A DNA stretch of 39,500 bases from an uncultured Fimbriimonadaceae bacterium (lineage in GTDB: Bacteria > Armatimonadota > Fimbriimonadia > Fimbriimonadales > Fimbriimonadaceae), in assembly GCA_964583465.1 (NCBI GenBank), contig CAZOVP010000005.1, positions 165,296 through 204,795 on the forward strand. Direction: 5' to 3'. A program made the position numbers and the translations under genes. The notes below the pieces were generated by a model. That model was not told where the DNA came from, did not search any database, and saw only the letters and a program-made list of their open reading frames with translations. Below, one piece after another: positions 1 to 8,994 of the stretch; position 1 is the stretch's first letter, and each line of letters starts with the position of its first letter.

Positions 1-126
1 TTTGGTAGTGATAAGGAAGGCCAAGGGATGAAAAGGCTGCATTGTGCATGGCTGGCGACCATGAATGCCCGATGGGATCGCCGAGGACAGCAAAATCCCC
101 ATCCTCAATTTCACTCCAGTGGAGAT

Positions 127-1224
127 TCATGACGTTTTTGTTCTGAAAACATAGGCTCGGGAACCTGCAAAATTCCAAAAGGCCACAACTATTGTCGCGA
201 CGGCTTTTGCAATCCCCCAACTGATTTTTGCATGACCGGGAATGATGTGATTCAACCCTGTCGAAAGCCCGGTACCCAAAGCCAGACCGAGCAAAACAAC
301 AAGAAAGTATCGCCGCAGCTGACTGGCCTTTTCAGCGGAGTCCTTGATCTGAAACGTCCATTGGCGGTTCCAATAAAAGCCATTAAGAATGGCCACACAT
401 GTGCTGGGGATCTGAAGGATCGGAAAGGCCGCATCGCTCGCTCTTAATGGATGACCGAAAATCGCTGGGTAATTTTGAGAAAGCCACTGACCAAATGCCG
501 TTCCGAGCGGAACACCGTGTATTGGAATGACAAACATTAGCAAGTAGTTCAGGCCCATGTCGATGGCCGTTGACGAGGCGCCAACAAGGCAAAACTTTGC
601 AAATTGCCGGACACTTTCTTTGCGAAAGAAGCCGGGTCTCTCCTCGTGATGGCCCGGAGCATTCTGATCTTCTTGAAAATATTGATACAAAAATCGCCCC
701 ACGATCTTTTCGACATTCCGACTGAAATAGGTTGTTCCCACAAACTCTCGCTTGGCAATTGGTTTCACCCAAATGGCGTCAATGTCACAGCGATTTGCGC
801 CCAACACATCGGTTAAGAGTTGATCTCCAATCATCACGGCTTCTCTCGGCGGGCACTGATACCGATCCAAAGCTATCTGATACATTTTTGGGTGTGGCTT
901 AAACCGGTCGCGTACAAAATCAAGCCCCATGGCCGACGTGAGCTTTGCAAGTCTCTCTGGATTTCGAGTGTTGCTCAAAATGCAAAAATCAAACCCGAGA
1001 CTTCGCCCTTTCTCAATCCAAGATGTCGTCGATTGTGGGATATCGTGGCTCCTCCACGGCAAGAGTGTGTTATCGACATCGAGCAAAATAAGTCTCTTTC
1101 CAGCAGCTCGGAGCTCCTCAAGATCGACATCTTCCAATGCGTGCAAAGATTCTGATGGACTAAACTTCTTAAGCGCATTCGGCATTTGGTGTCGCTGAAA
1201 TGTTCCGGATCGAAAATGCCTCAT
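127..1224 (-). CDS. Fusion protein: N-terminal HAD-superfamily subfamily IIIA (YqeG-like) phosphatase, C-terminal GtrA-like four-helix membrane domain
   Basis: HAD motif I LILLDVDNTLL and motif III/IV around MIGDQLLTDV. C-terminal half has four hydrophobic helices with GtrA-family signatures (FAKFCLVGASSTAIDMGLNYLL ... NFAGSRAYVF). Start codon overlaps the mltG stop as ATGA (rc of 1221..1224). Confidence 0.7.
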   Translation of the reverse strand: MRHFRSGTFQRHQMPNALKKFSPSESLHALEDVDLEELRAAGKRLILLDVDNTLLPWRSHDIPQSTTSWIEKGRSLGFDFCILSNTRNPERLAKLTSAMGLDFVRDRFKPHPKMYQIALDRYQCPPREAVMIGDQLLTDVLGANRCDIDAIWVKPIAKREFVGTTYFSRNVEKIVGRFLYQYFQEDQNAPGHHEERPGFFRKESVRQFAKFCLVGASSTAIDMGLNYLLMFVIPIHGVPLGTAFGQWLSQNYPAIFGHPLRASDAAFPILQIPSTCVAILNGFYWNRQWTFQIKDSAEKASQLRRYFLVVLLGLALGTGLSTGLNHIIPGHAKISWGIAKAVATIVVAFWNFAGSRAYVFRTKTS

Positions 1225-2183
1225 AGCGATCCAGACGCCAACGCATGGCGTACCTTTTTGATATTGAGGATGTGCGCGGCATAAGTCTTTGCAAACAAAT
1301 GATGTCCCTTGCCATCCGCTACGTAATAGAGGTCATCGGTTTTTAACGGATGAATGGCAGCCTTGATGCTCTTGAGCCCGGGCGAACCAATGGGGCCTGG
1401 TGGGAGCCCAAAATGAAGATATGTATTGTAAGGCGAGGGGACCGTTTTCACGACTCCTGGTCTCAGAACTTGCCATTTTTGCAGGGCATATAAAACTGTG
1501 GCATCGATCTCGAGTCGCATATTTTTTTGCAACCTGTTTTCAATTATTCCGGCGATATGTTCGCGATCAGAATCTCCCGAAGCTTCAAGCTCCACGAGTG
1601 AAGCTATGGTCAAGATTCGCTTGAGATCAGCTCCCGCAGGGAGGATTGGCATGACCTTCTTTTCAAAGGTTTGCATTTGCATTTCTACGACTTTTTCCGC
1701 GGGAGTGAGTGGCGGAATGTTATAAGTATCTGGGAAAAGCATCCCTTCTTTGCCGTGAGCCTTGGCCGCATCAATATAATCCTGTGCCGAACAGACCGAT
1801 TTTTCTTCAAGCCTGGAGGCAACCCGAGCAATCCACCAGCCTTCTGGAATTCTGACAAGGAGATTCACAGGGCTTTTGAGCGCGTAAGCGATTTCGCTCG
1901 TCGTCATTCCCGGGTGAAATTGGTATGTGCCAGCCGATACGTCTGTTGGAACACGCCGCAAGTTGAGCATCATTTTCGTGGCAAAGGCATTTCGAACAAT
2001 ATGTTCTGATTCCAGCCTTTCGAGAGCTTTGTTGAGGTGAATTGGAGATTCAAACCTTAGATAAACATTTGGGCCTTTGGCAAGTGGGGAAGCTTCTTGA
2101 AACGTTGAGGCGATAAAAATGCCCAGAGCTAAAAAGATGGTGGCCAAAACAACGGCGCAACCGGTGCGTCCACTACGAGCCAT
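1221..2183 (-). CDS. mltG: Endolytic murein transglycosylase MltG (YceG family)
   Basis: N-terminal membrane anchor, then the YceG-like domain with the conserved C-terminal motif LYYVADGKGHHLFAKTYAAH. Lies immediately downstream of ruvX, which is the conserved yqgF-yceG pairing. Confidence 0.85.
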   Translation of the reverse strand: MARSGRTGCAVVLATIFLALGIFIASTFQEASPLAKGPNVYLRFESPIHLNKALERLESEHIVRNAFATKMMLNLRRVPTDVSAGTYQFHPGMTTSEIAYALKSPVNLLVRIPEGWWIARVASRLEEKSVCSAQDYIDAAKAHGKEGMLFPDTYNIPPLTPAEKVVEMQMQTFEKKVMPILPAGADLKRILTIASLVELEASGDSDREHIAGIIENRLQKNMRLEIDATVLYALQKWQVLRPGVVKTVPSPYNTYLHFGLPPGPIGSPGLKSIKAAIHPLKTDDLYYVADGKGHHLFAKTYAAHILNIKKVRHALASGSL

Positions 2184-2580
2184 TCTCCTCCATAAACCGC
2201 TCTAGGATACGACAAGCGGCTTCGCTATCTATAGCTTTTCGGATCAAACTGCCCTTGAGTCCTGCCATTTTCATCTCTTGCTCGGCCTGAAAGCTGGTCA
2301 ATGACTCGTCAACGAAACGCACACCTACACCCATTTCGCTTAGCCGATCACCCAACATTCTGCATATTCGTGACATTTTAGTTTCGTTGCCTTGATCCAG
2401 AGGTAGGCCAATGACAACGAGATCTGCCATTTCCTTTTTCAGGATGTTTTGAATTGTCACGGCGTCTTTGGCAAGAGTTCCACTTGAGATAACTGCTTGG
2501 CGGGGCGATGTGATGTGTTGTTCTGTTTCCGCCACAGCAACCCCGATATGCTTGCCAAAATCGATCCCCAAGAGCCTCAT
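2173..2580 (-). CDS. ruvX: Holliday-junction resolvase-like nuclease RuvX (YqgF)
   Basis: MRLLGIDFGKHIGVAVAE N-terminus is typical of YqgF/RuvX, and the length is about 135 aa. The track ORF extends 12 codons upstream, but the start at MRLLG overlaps the upstream stop as ATGA (2577..2580). Confidence 0.85.
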   Translation of the reverse strand: MRLLGIDFGKHIGVAVAETEQHITSPRQAVISSGTLAKDAVTIQNILKKEMADLVVIGLPLDQGNETKMSRICRMLGDRLSEMGVGVRFVDESLTSFQAEQEMKMAGLKGSLIRKAIDSEAACRILERFMEENGS

Positions 2581-3329
2581 TGTTGGAGAGCTCCAAGAAG
2601 TGTTTCTATAAGCCAAGGCGCTGCACTTAGCGCTTCATTAGAAAGCTCAGGATCACCAGAGAGATTAGTAAAAGAACCTCCTGCTTCGCGTACGATAATT
2701 GACATAGCTGAAATGTCCCACCTTGCGACTTTGGGGTCGATCATCGCTCCAATTTTTCCGGTGGCCACGAGCATATGTCCAAAGGCATCGCCCCAAGTTC
2801 TGGTTGCCATGGCTTTCTGAGCGAGTTTGTTAATTGCTTTATCGAGCCCGCGCTGTTCCATTGATTTGTGGCTGCCACATGCCAAAATGACTTCATTCAT
2901 CGGTCGCTCGGGCATAACTTTACACTTTTGACCATTATCCCAAGTTCCCGCGCCGATTTCTGCATAAATCAACCGATGGAGTGCTGGAAAGTAGGCCACG
3001 CCTAGTTGGGGCACAAAGTTTTCTTCATAAGCTAGCAATGTGGAAAAGAGGGGGACACCAGCAACAAACGAATTCGTTCCATCGATGGGGTCAATGACCC
3101 ACCGATTTGGGTGTCCTTCATCGCCACCTTGCTCTTCTCCAAGTATGTCGTCTTCTGGGAATTCCGATTCAATTCCCTTGCGAATGATGGTCTCTGCAAG
3201 CAAATCCGCTTTCGTTACGGGAGTCTGGTTTGATTTCAGTTCAAATTGACCAGAATTCTCAAAAATTGGAATTGTTGCATCGCCCGCTCTTCTTGCAATC
3301 TCGATGGCAAATTGAAGCCGTGGCGACAT
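2577..3329 (-). CDS. Inositol-monophosphatase family protein (SuhB/HisN-like)
   Basis: IMPase motifs: EE...DPIDGT (WVIDPIDGTNSFVAGVP) and the C-terminal WDISAMSIIVREAGG region. Confidence 0.8.
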   Translation of the reverse strand: MSPRLQFAIEIARRAGDATIPIFENSGQFELKSNQTPVTKADLLAETIIRKGIESEFPEDDILGEEQGGDEGHPNRWVIDPIDGTNSFVAGVPLFSTLLAYEENFVPQLGVAYFPALHRLIYAEIGAGTWDNGQKCKVMPERPMNEVILACGSHKSMEQRGLDKAINKLAQKAMATRTWGDAFGHMLVATGKIGAMIDPKVARWDISAMSIIVREAGGSFTNLSGDPELSNEALSAAPWLIETLLGALQQ

Positions 3330-3428
3330 AGAAAAAGTCTGACTGAGAGTTCATATTTGACCTGGGCTTGACCTAGAGAGGTGGCGCTTGTTTCCAACAA
3401 TATTTGGTACAATACTGATCTCCGATCT

Positions 3429-3504
3429 GGGGGCGTAGCTCAATGGCGAGAGCACCTGCTTTGCAAGCAGGGGGTTAGGGGTTCGAGTCCCCTCGCCTCC
3501 ACCA
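3429..3504 (+). tRNA. tRNA-Ala (anticodon TGC), CCA encoded
   Basis: 76 nt cloverleaf: acceptor GGGGGCG/CGCCTCC with G3:U70, D-loop AGCTCAATGG, anticodon loop CTTTGCAAG (TGC), T-arm GGTTCGAGTCC, discriminator A then CCA. Confidence 0.9.
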
Positions 3505-3995
3505 ATCTACGGTTTTCCATTACTTTGCTGTTCCATCTGAATCTTCGAAATCACTGGGTTTAGCATCAAATCGAAGTTCTTACTGAGTTCCAAAACGAGC
3601 TTTCCGTCCTGTCACGACGAGTTCGAACACATCATTTGGACAAGTTCGCCAACGCAGAACTCCCTGGATCCAAACCCAACATTGCTGAGGCCACGACAGC
3701 CAAGTGACCAGATTTGCTCTGTTCTACCGGCGCAACCATGAGCGCTGTCAGGCCCCGGCAAAGTGTGAAACGCCCTGGCTGAAACATGGCCAAGGGACGT
3801 TTGCAATCTGGCGCAGTGTGTTGCAAGTGGGCTGGCTTAAAGACTACCGGTGGCCAGAGGATGGTTTGGTCGTTGAGACAAATCAGTTGGATACTCGAAG
3901 TGACGAGCAAAGCGCGGCGATAAAGGAGAAACTATAGGAAGAGCGAGGGGTTGTGCCCACACAAATCACATAGAGTCCTGGGCCTAAAGCAAGCG

Positions 3996-5081
3996 TTAGG
4001 CCCTTAATTTTTTACGTTTCGCAACGACCGTTCCAAGTCCTGCTGCCAACGCAATCAAGCTGCCTGGCTCTGGAACAACCTTTATCGCAAACGAATCCAC
4101 CTGATTGGTTGACGTTTGGCCAAAACCCACAATTGTAGAACCGTCGTTTGTGATCCTCATTCCTGATAAGGGGATGAAGCCATTCAAGTTAGCGCCCATT
4201 GATGTAGCGTATGCGCTCAATAGTTGTGCCTGGCCGTTGATCCATATGACTCCGCGCCGTGTCGCAGTGCTTGTTCCCAGTTGCAGATAGCCAACTTGCA
4301 TCGTGCCGTCGTCGGTGCCAAACGCCACTCCACCGCGATCAAAACCAGATAGGATTTGCATATTCGTGGCGACGAAGCTGGAGTTCCACACCACAGGTAT
4401 GTTGCCCTTGAAGCCAAAAAACTGTGTACCGTTGGAGTTGACGCCTTGGATTTCGCTCGCCACGCTCTCGACAAACACTTCCTGCCCGTTGCGCCAAACC
4501 GCTGCTTGCCGAGTGCTCGGGTTCGAGTCCCAGCCTACAAGAGTGCTTCCATCTGCGGAGAGGTCATTGGGGCGAGCGTTTGAGGTGCTGAGCGTTGGGA
4601 AGTTGTCGAAGTTCGAAGTTCCAGTGTCGTATCGCACGGGTTTAAGCTTCAATCCAGCGTCATAGGCGCCCATGGCCAGTTTGGTTCCGCTGCCATCCAT
4701 GCCAAACATGCCACTCAGGGTGTTACCAACTCCGACAGCGGAAAAGCCAGCTGGTTGCGCTGCGAGGTTCCATGTCGAAGACGAAAAATCATAGTAGCCT
4801 GCGTGCCTCTTGCTGGCACCGTCGAGAGCCTCACCGCCTATGCGTGACCCGTCGTCACTGATGAACGTGCTTCCCGCTGAGTGCGAGCCGCCGATATTGG
4901 TAAAGCCGACTCCTATCTCCCATCGAAAGTTCGCTGAGCCTGCAAATCCGGCCGCATACCGGCCGTCAGGTGTCACGTCTGTCACTTGGGCGTTTTGAAA
5001 TCCCATTTGATAAAAAGTCGCTTGGGCGAAGCCAAGTCCGTGAAGAGAGCAAATTCCCAACAGAAAAATAGTTCGTTTCAT
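3996..5081 (-). CDS. Secreted HAF-family extracellular repeat protein with C-terminal PEP-CTERM sorting signal
   Basis: N-terminal signal peptide. Repeated xxDGSxIVG units (ITNDGSTIVG, LSADGSTLVGW, ISDDGSRIGG, GTDDGTMQVGY). C-terminus VPEPGSLIALAAGLGTVVAKRKKLRA is PEP, then a TM helix, then a basic tail. Confidence 0.8.
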   Translation of the reverse strand: MKRTIFLLGICSLHGLGFAQATFYQMGFQNAQVTDVTPDGRYAAGFAGSANFRWEIGVGFTNIGGSHSAGSTFISDDGSRIGGEALDGASKRHAGYYDFSSSTWNLAAQPAGFSAVGVGNTLSGMFGMDGSGTKLAMGAYDAGLKLKPVRYDTGTSNFDNFPTLSTSNARPNDLSADGSTLVGWDSNPSTRQAAVWRNGQEVFVESVASEIQGVNSNGTQFFGFKGNIPVVWNSSFVATNMQILSGFDRGGVAFGTDDGTMQVGYLQLGTSTATRRGVIWINGQAQLLSAYATSMGANLNGFIPLSGMRITNDGSTIVGFGQTSTNQVDSFAIKVVPEPGSLIALAAGLGTVVAKRKKLRA

Positions 5082-5115
5082 TAATATTCAAGCCTCACTG
5101 ATCCGCTAAATGAAG

Positions 5116-5135
5116 TTGTCATAACGTTGTGACAA
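5116..5135. promoter_or_regulatory. Candidate LacI-family operator: 20-bp near-perfect palindrome TTGTCATAACGTTGTGACAA with central CG
   Basis: Read directly: half-sites TGTCATAAC / GTTGTGACA with one mismatch. Lies 35 bp upstream of the HAF/PEP-CTERM start and immediately downstream of the LacI-family gene. Confidence 0.45.
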
Positions 5136-5176
5136 TGTGACGATTCAACTCTCTCTGGTCGTGATTTCACGTATAA

Positions 5177-6199
5177 TTACTTGGATGAAGCTCGCTTGAC
5201 CGGCTCCATGCGAAGCAAGACAGACCGGCTTGGCTGGTCAGGGTCTGAAATCCTCTCGAGCAAGCGCTGCCATGCTAAGCCGACAAGTTCGTCAATCGGG
5301 ACTCTGAGCGTTGAAATCGGAATTCGCGCGTCCGCGGCCTCTGGGTAGTCACCATATCCCCAAACCTCACAGCTCATTGGACAATCAATTTGTTTTTCGG
5401 AAAGAGCCCGCACTGCGCCAAGTGCGAGCGTGTCTGTGAATGCGGTCACAGCCTCTGGTGTGCCTGCCGAGTTAAGGTAACCAAGCAATGCTGTCTTTGC
5501 CTCACTTGCCGATTCGCCAGTTGAACCGATAAGGACAGAGGGAAGGCCGGCCTCATCCATCGCCTCGACATAGCCCGTACGACGTTGTTCTTTCGGGTAT
5601 GAATCGATGACCCATTGTGGAGTGAGGTGGACGATTCGTCGAGCGCCATTCGAGATTAAACGACTCACGAGTGATTTTTGCGAGCCCAACACATCCCATG
5701 ATACGGTGTCAGCGTGGTCAAACTCTTCCGCACCAATAATGACAGTTGGAATGCGTTCGTTCTGAGGAATTTGGCGGAAATTTCGAATGGCGCGCCCTGC
5801 ATCGAAGCTAATGATTCCATCTGTTGGGAAAACATTGAAGGTGCGAGGCTCCTTGCAATAGGCCGCATCGGAGTCGAGCCCGATGACCATCAGCTCGTAT
5901 CCTGAGCCCCTCATAACGTTTGTCAATCCGTTCAAGACTCTCAAGTAAGTGATTGCGGGCCTGTCAGACGGCATCCATAACGAGACAATCTTCGTCTTTC
6001 CAGTTCGCACCGCCTGAGCCAGTCGATTAGGTTGATAACCAACCTCGATCGCTGCCGCACGCACTTTCTCTCGAGTAGCGTTGGCGATCCTAACTCCTTT
6101 GGTTTCGGCTAAGATCTGTGACGCAGTCTGAACCGACACTCCTGCCCGAGCAGCAACGTCGGCAAGGGTCACTCGCTGGGGTTTTCTGTAGGCGCTCAT
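5177..6199 (-). CDS. LacI-family transcriptional regulator
   Basis: N-terminal HTH VTLADVAARAGVSVQTASQILAE. The rest has the periplasmic-binding-protein-like sugar-binding fold typical of LacI/GalR. Confidence 0.85.
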   Translation of the reverse strand: MSAYRKPQRVTLADVAARAGVSVQTASQILAETKGVRIANATREKVRAAAIEVGYQPNRLAQAVRTGKTKIVSLWMPSDRPAITYLRVLNGLTNVMRGSGYELMVIGLDSDAAYCKEPRTFNVFPTDGIISFDAGRAIRNFRQIPQNERIPTVIIGAEEFDHADTVSWDVLGSQKSLVSRLISNGARRIVHLTPQWVIDSYPKEQRRTGYVEAMDEAGLPSVLIGSTGESASEAKTALLGYLNSAGTPEAVTAFTDTLALGAVRALSEKQIDCPMSCEVWGYGDYPEAADARIPISTLRVPIDELVGLAWQRLLERISDPDQPSRSVLLRMEPVKRASSK

Positions 6200-7378
6200 A
6201 GTTTGCTTCTTTCAGAAAGTTTGCCTCCGAATGCATTGTACAATTTTCACTTGATCCTCGTCGCCAAGCGGACGAATCAGAGCGGAATCAAGCCTCCACA
6301 ATCTGCTTCGGGGGATAAACAAGTTAGTGACCAAGGTGACGTTTGAAATCTATTGCGGGAAGAAGAAGTCCGGTGGATTCAAGGACTAAACGGCAGAAAT
6401 TTGTGAGAGCATTGTCGTATTGGCCGCTGTCCACAATATCCCGTCAGAAAGCACGCCCGACTTGGCTTGCATGCGCAACTGTAAGGCGGGCAAATGTAGC
6501 TCGTGCAGCGCCTGCTTTTGACAGGTGATCGAACCGCCCAAGCGACGCTACGGTTCGTGTGGGGCTGCAGGATCGATAAGCAGTGGTTATTCTTGGAAAT
6601 CGAATCTAGCCCAGAAGCGATCGCGCGACCGTTTGCCCAGGTGCAAAACACTTTGAAACGCGTCCAGGAATCTCCAACCAATCAACAGATCGCTGGACTT
6701 GAGCTAAGGTCGTAACGATACTCGTTTGACCATTCGCCACCTATCATTTATACTTATCAAAGAATGCGACACTTTTGGAAGCGCGGTGGATCCTGGCGCC
6801 GAATTACGACTCTGTCACGCATTCAGGACGATTCGGGTCAGACGGTTGGTACATGTATCTTGACGATGAACCATCCCATCGAGAGGAGCCATCCGGATCT
6901 CGTCTACTTCTCGCTGTTCTATACCTCTTCACCTTTACCGTCGTCGGCCGAAATGGACATTTTCGACGAAGTCCAAAATAGGCTTGACGAGCTCTCCGTG
7001 AGTCTCGAATTCTATCAAACCGCGATCATTATGCTTGACGGCAAACGGGATTGGATTCTCTAAGCGAGGGACGGGGCAAAGCTGATGGGTGAACTTCCGT
7101 TGGAACTCTCTCAGTATCACCCTCAAATGGAGTGCCAGAGTGATCCCAATTGGTCTCAATATCGCACGATTCGAAAGCTCAGATGGATCTGAAACAAGTT
7201 TTCCGGCGTTTGGATACCCAGAAAAGAAATTGGTTCAGGTCGGTAAGAAATAGAGTATCAGCGAACTCGAAGTTCAAAACCATTCGAAACTCGTTCTGTA
7301 ATCCCCACCACGACCTGTCCAAGAGCATAGAGTGCTAATTGAGCATCCAGAAAGCTCAAACCTATTGTGCCAAGTGCA

Positions 7379-8065
7379 TCAAATGAAGTAGCGAGATTCT
7401 TCTCTCTTTGGCTTGATGCTTTTCGGAATATTGTCAGGATCGACATCCGCCCACTCCACGTCAAACGTGCCAACAAACCCAAACAAAGATCCCCAAATGG
7501 AATTCTTAACCTCCACTTCGATTTGGTACTTGTTGATCAATTCATCGAACCAAACATACACGGAAGCAGTGCCAGAGAAAACCATCGGAAACTTAAAACC
7601 AATTCGGCCTGCAAAGAACCTCTGCTCGCCAGATTCGATTCGTAGGCCACCATTTTCTGCGACGGCCAAGTGAAGATCGACGGCCAAATGCTGATGTGTT
7701 CCCATCAGGTCTACAACCTGGTTGCGAATCGGATCCCGAATCATATAAGCATCGAAACGACGCGCTCGCCCCAGTTGAAACGTGCGAAGTTCTGTGACAG
7801 TCTCTCGACCAAAGGAGTCTACGTATGCCCAATTTTCGATGGTAAATTCGACGTCTTTTCCTTGTTCGGGGAACATGATGTTTCTCCAGGTTCCAACCAC
7901 CAAGAATGGAAGTGTGTAGAATTTCCCGTGCCAAACGCGGTCCATTACACCTCGGCCAATCGCTCTCTTGCAGGAAGTGCTGTCAAATCCAAATCGTTCC
8001 TGTATCTTGGGATGAAGACGGTCAAAGTCTTCTCCCAAAACAGTTGCATAAATCGACTTGCTCAT
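7379..8065 (-). CDS. DUF4166-like protein (hypothetical)
   Basis: N-terminus MSKSIYATVLGEDFDRLHPKIQERF resembles the conserved start of DUF4166 family members. Start chosen at the Met whose ATG overlaps the upstream stop as ATGA (8062..8065). Confidence 0.5.
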   Translation of the reverse strand: MSKSIYATVLGEDFDRLHPKIQERFGFDSTSCKRAIGRGVMDRVWHGKFYTLPFLVVGTWRNIMFPEQGKDVEFTIENWAYVDSFGRETVTELRTFQLGRARRFDAYMIRDPIRNQVVDLMGTHQHLAVDLHLAVAENGGLRIESGEQRFFAGRIGFKFPMVFSGTASVYVWFDELINKYQIEVEVKNSIWGSLFGFVGTFDVEWADVDPDNIPKSIKPKREESRYFI

Positions 8066-8772
8066 GAGATCGCTCCAAGAGGCAATAGCGTGGAGCGTCC
8101 CTCCCAAGTACCATATTCCGCAGTAGGACGAAATCGAAGAGTTGTGAACTCATGGTGAAAGTCTCGGCGGTCACGTTCTTTCATGGCATCTAGATGGCGA
8201 GTTGGATGATCTACCATGCTATGCCCCCTTACCATGTCGATCATCGCTTGTTGGGAGTTCCAGATGGAGAAAGTTGCGATTGTTTGGGGATAACGTATTG
8301 CGGCAAGCGAAAACGAAGTTTCAGGGTGGTCTCGTACGAGGGTCTCGACGGGTCTACCCCATCGAATAAACCGAGGAATTTCAGGAAGTCTCATTCGCGC
8401 CAAAGTGAATGCTGCGACTGGAGCACTGGGGTCGGGGTCTGTGGTTAATTCAGGTAATGAGGCAAATTCTTTTACCGATCCCCACCGTCGTAGAAAGGTC
8501 ATTCGCAAATGCCATCCGTCCGCGATCGATTGGCCGAGTTTGGTAGCTTTCAGGAATTCATCAAAGGCTTCATTGCTCTCCCAAGCGGCGAACATAACCA
8601 GTGTGCGCAACTGTATTCGATGCGGAGATAAGATGGGCGAACCCAGTTTCATTGGGGTTAGGCACTCGGATTGTATGAGGCCCGGAAAGGATCTGCAGGT
8701 AGGGGGGCGGATGAGCGTAGACAGAGTCAATGGAACAGCTGCCTTTGCCAAGCTGAGCGTAAAAACTTTCAC
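8062..8772 (-). CDS. Hypothetical protein, possibly a two-lobed alpha/beta-barrel (ABM/monooxygenase-like) fold
   Basis: Long ORF with coding-like composition that is translationally coupled to the DUF4166-like gene. No motif was recognised with confidence. Confidence 0.45.
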   Translation of the reverse strand: MKVFTLSLAKAAVPLTLSTLIRPPTCRSFPGLIQSECLTPMKLGSPILSPHRIQLRTLVMFAAWESNEAFDEFLKATKLGQSIADGWHLRMTFLRRWGSVKEFASLPELTTDPDPSAPVAAFTLARMRLPEIPRFIRWGRPVETLVRDHPETSFSLAAIRYPQTIATFSIWNSQQAMIDMVRGHSMVDHPTRHLDAMKERDRRDFHHEFTTLRFRPTAEYGTWEGRSTLLPLGAIS

Positions 8773-8994
8773 ACCGTTGAAATGCTACTTTGTTTGGCTT
8801 CTTTTGGGTTAGTCTTGGGATTTCCAAGTTCCGATACGCGTCCCTGAAATTCCACCAGACTTCGGTTCGACCCATGCAAGCTGGCCACCTGGCTGAGTAA
8901 GTGCTCTATTTTTCTTCATAATTCCGTCAGATCCTGCTGCCCCATGTTTAACCAGTCTTGCCCGATTGACGAGAGCGGCTTCCAGAAAAATGAC

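Noticed and set aside
232-1198. Several 60-130-aa ORFs on both strands inside the HAD/GtrA gene (for example 383..772 -, 820..1155 +)
   Set aside because: They lie entirely within a longer ORF with clear domain motifs. They are out-of-frame shadow ORFs.
3980-4003. Hairpin GGGCCTAA...TTAGGCCC as terminator of the PEP-CTERM gene
   Set aside because: The stem includes the stop codon and the last codons, and no U-tract follows on the coding strand.
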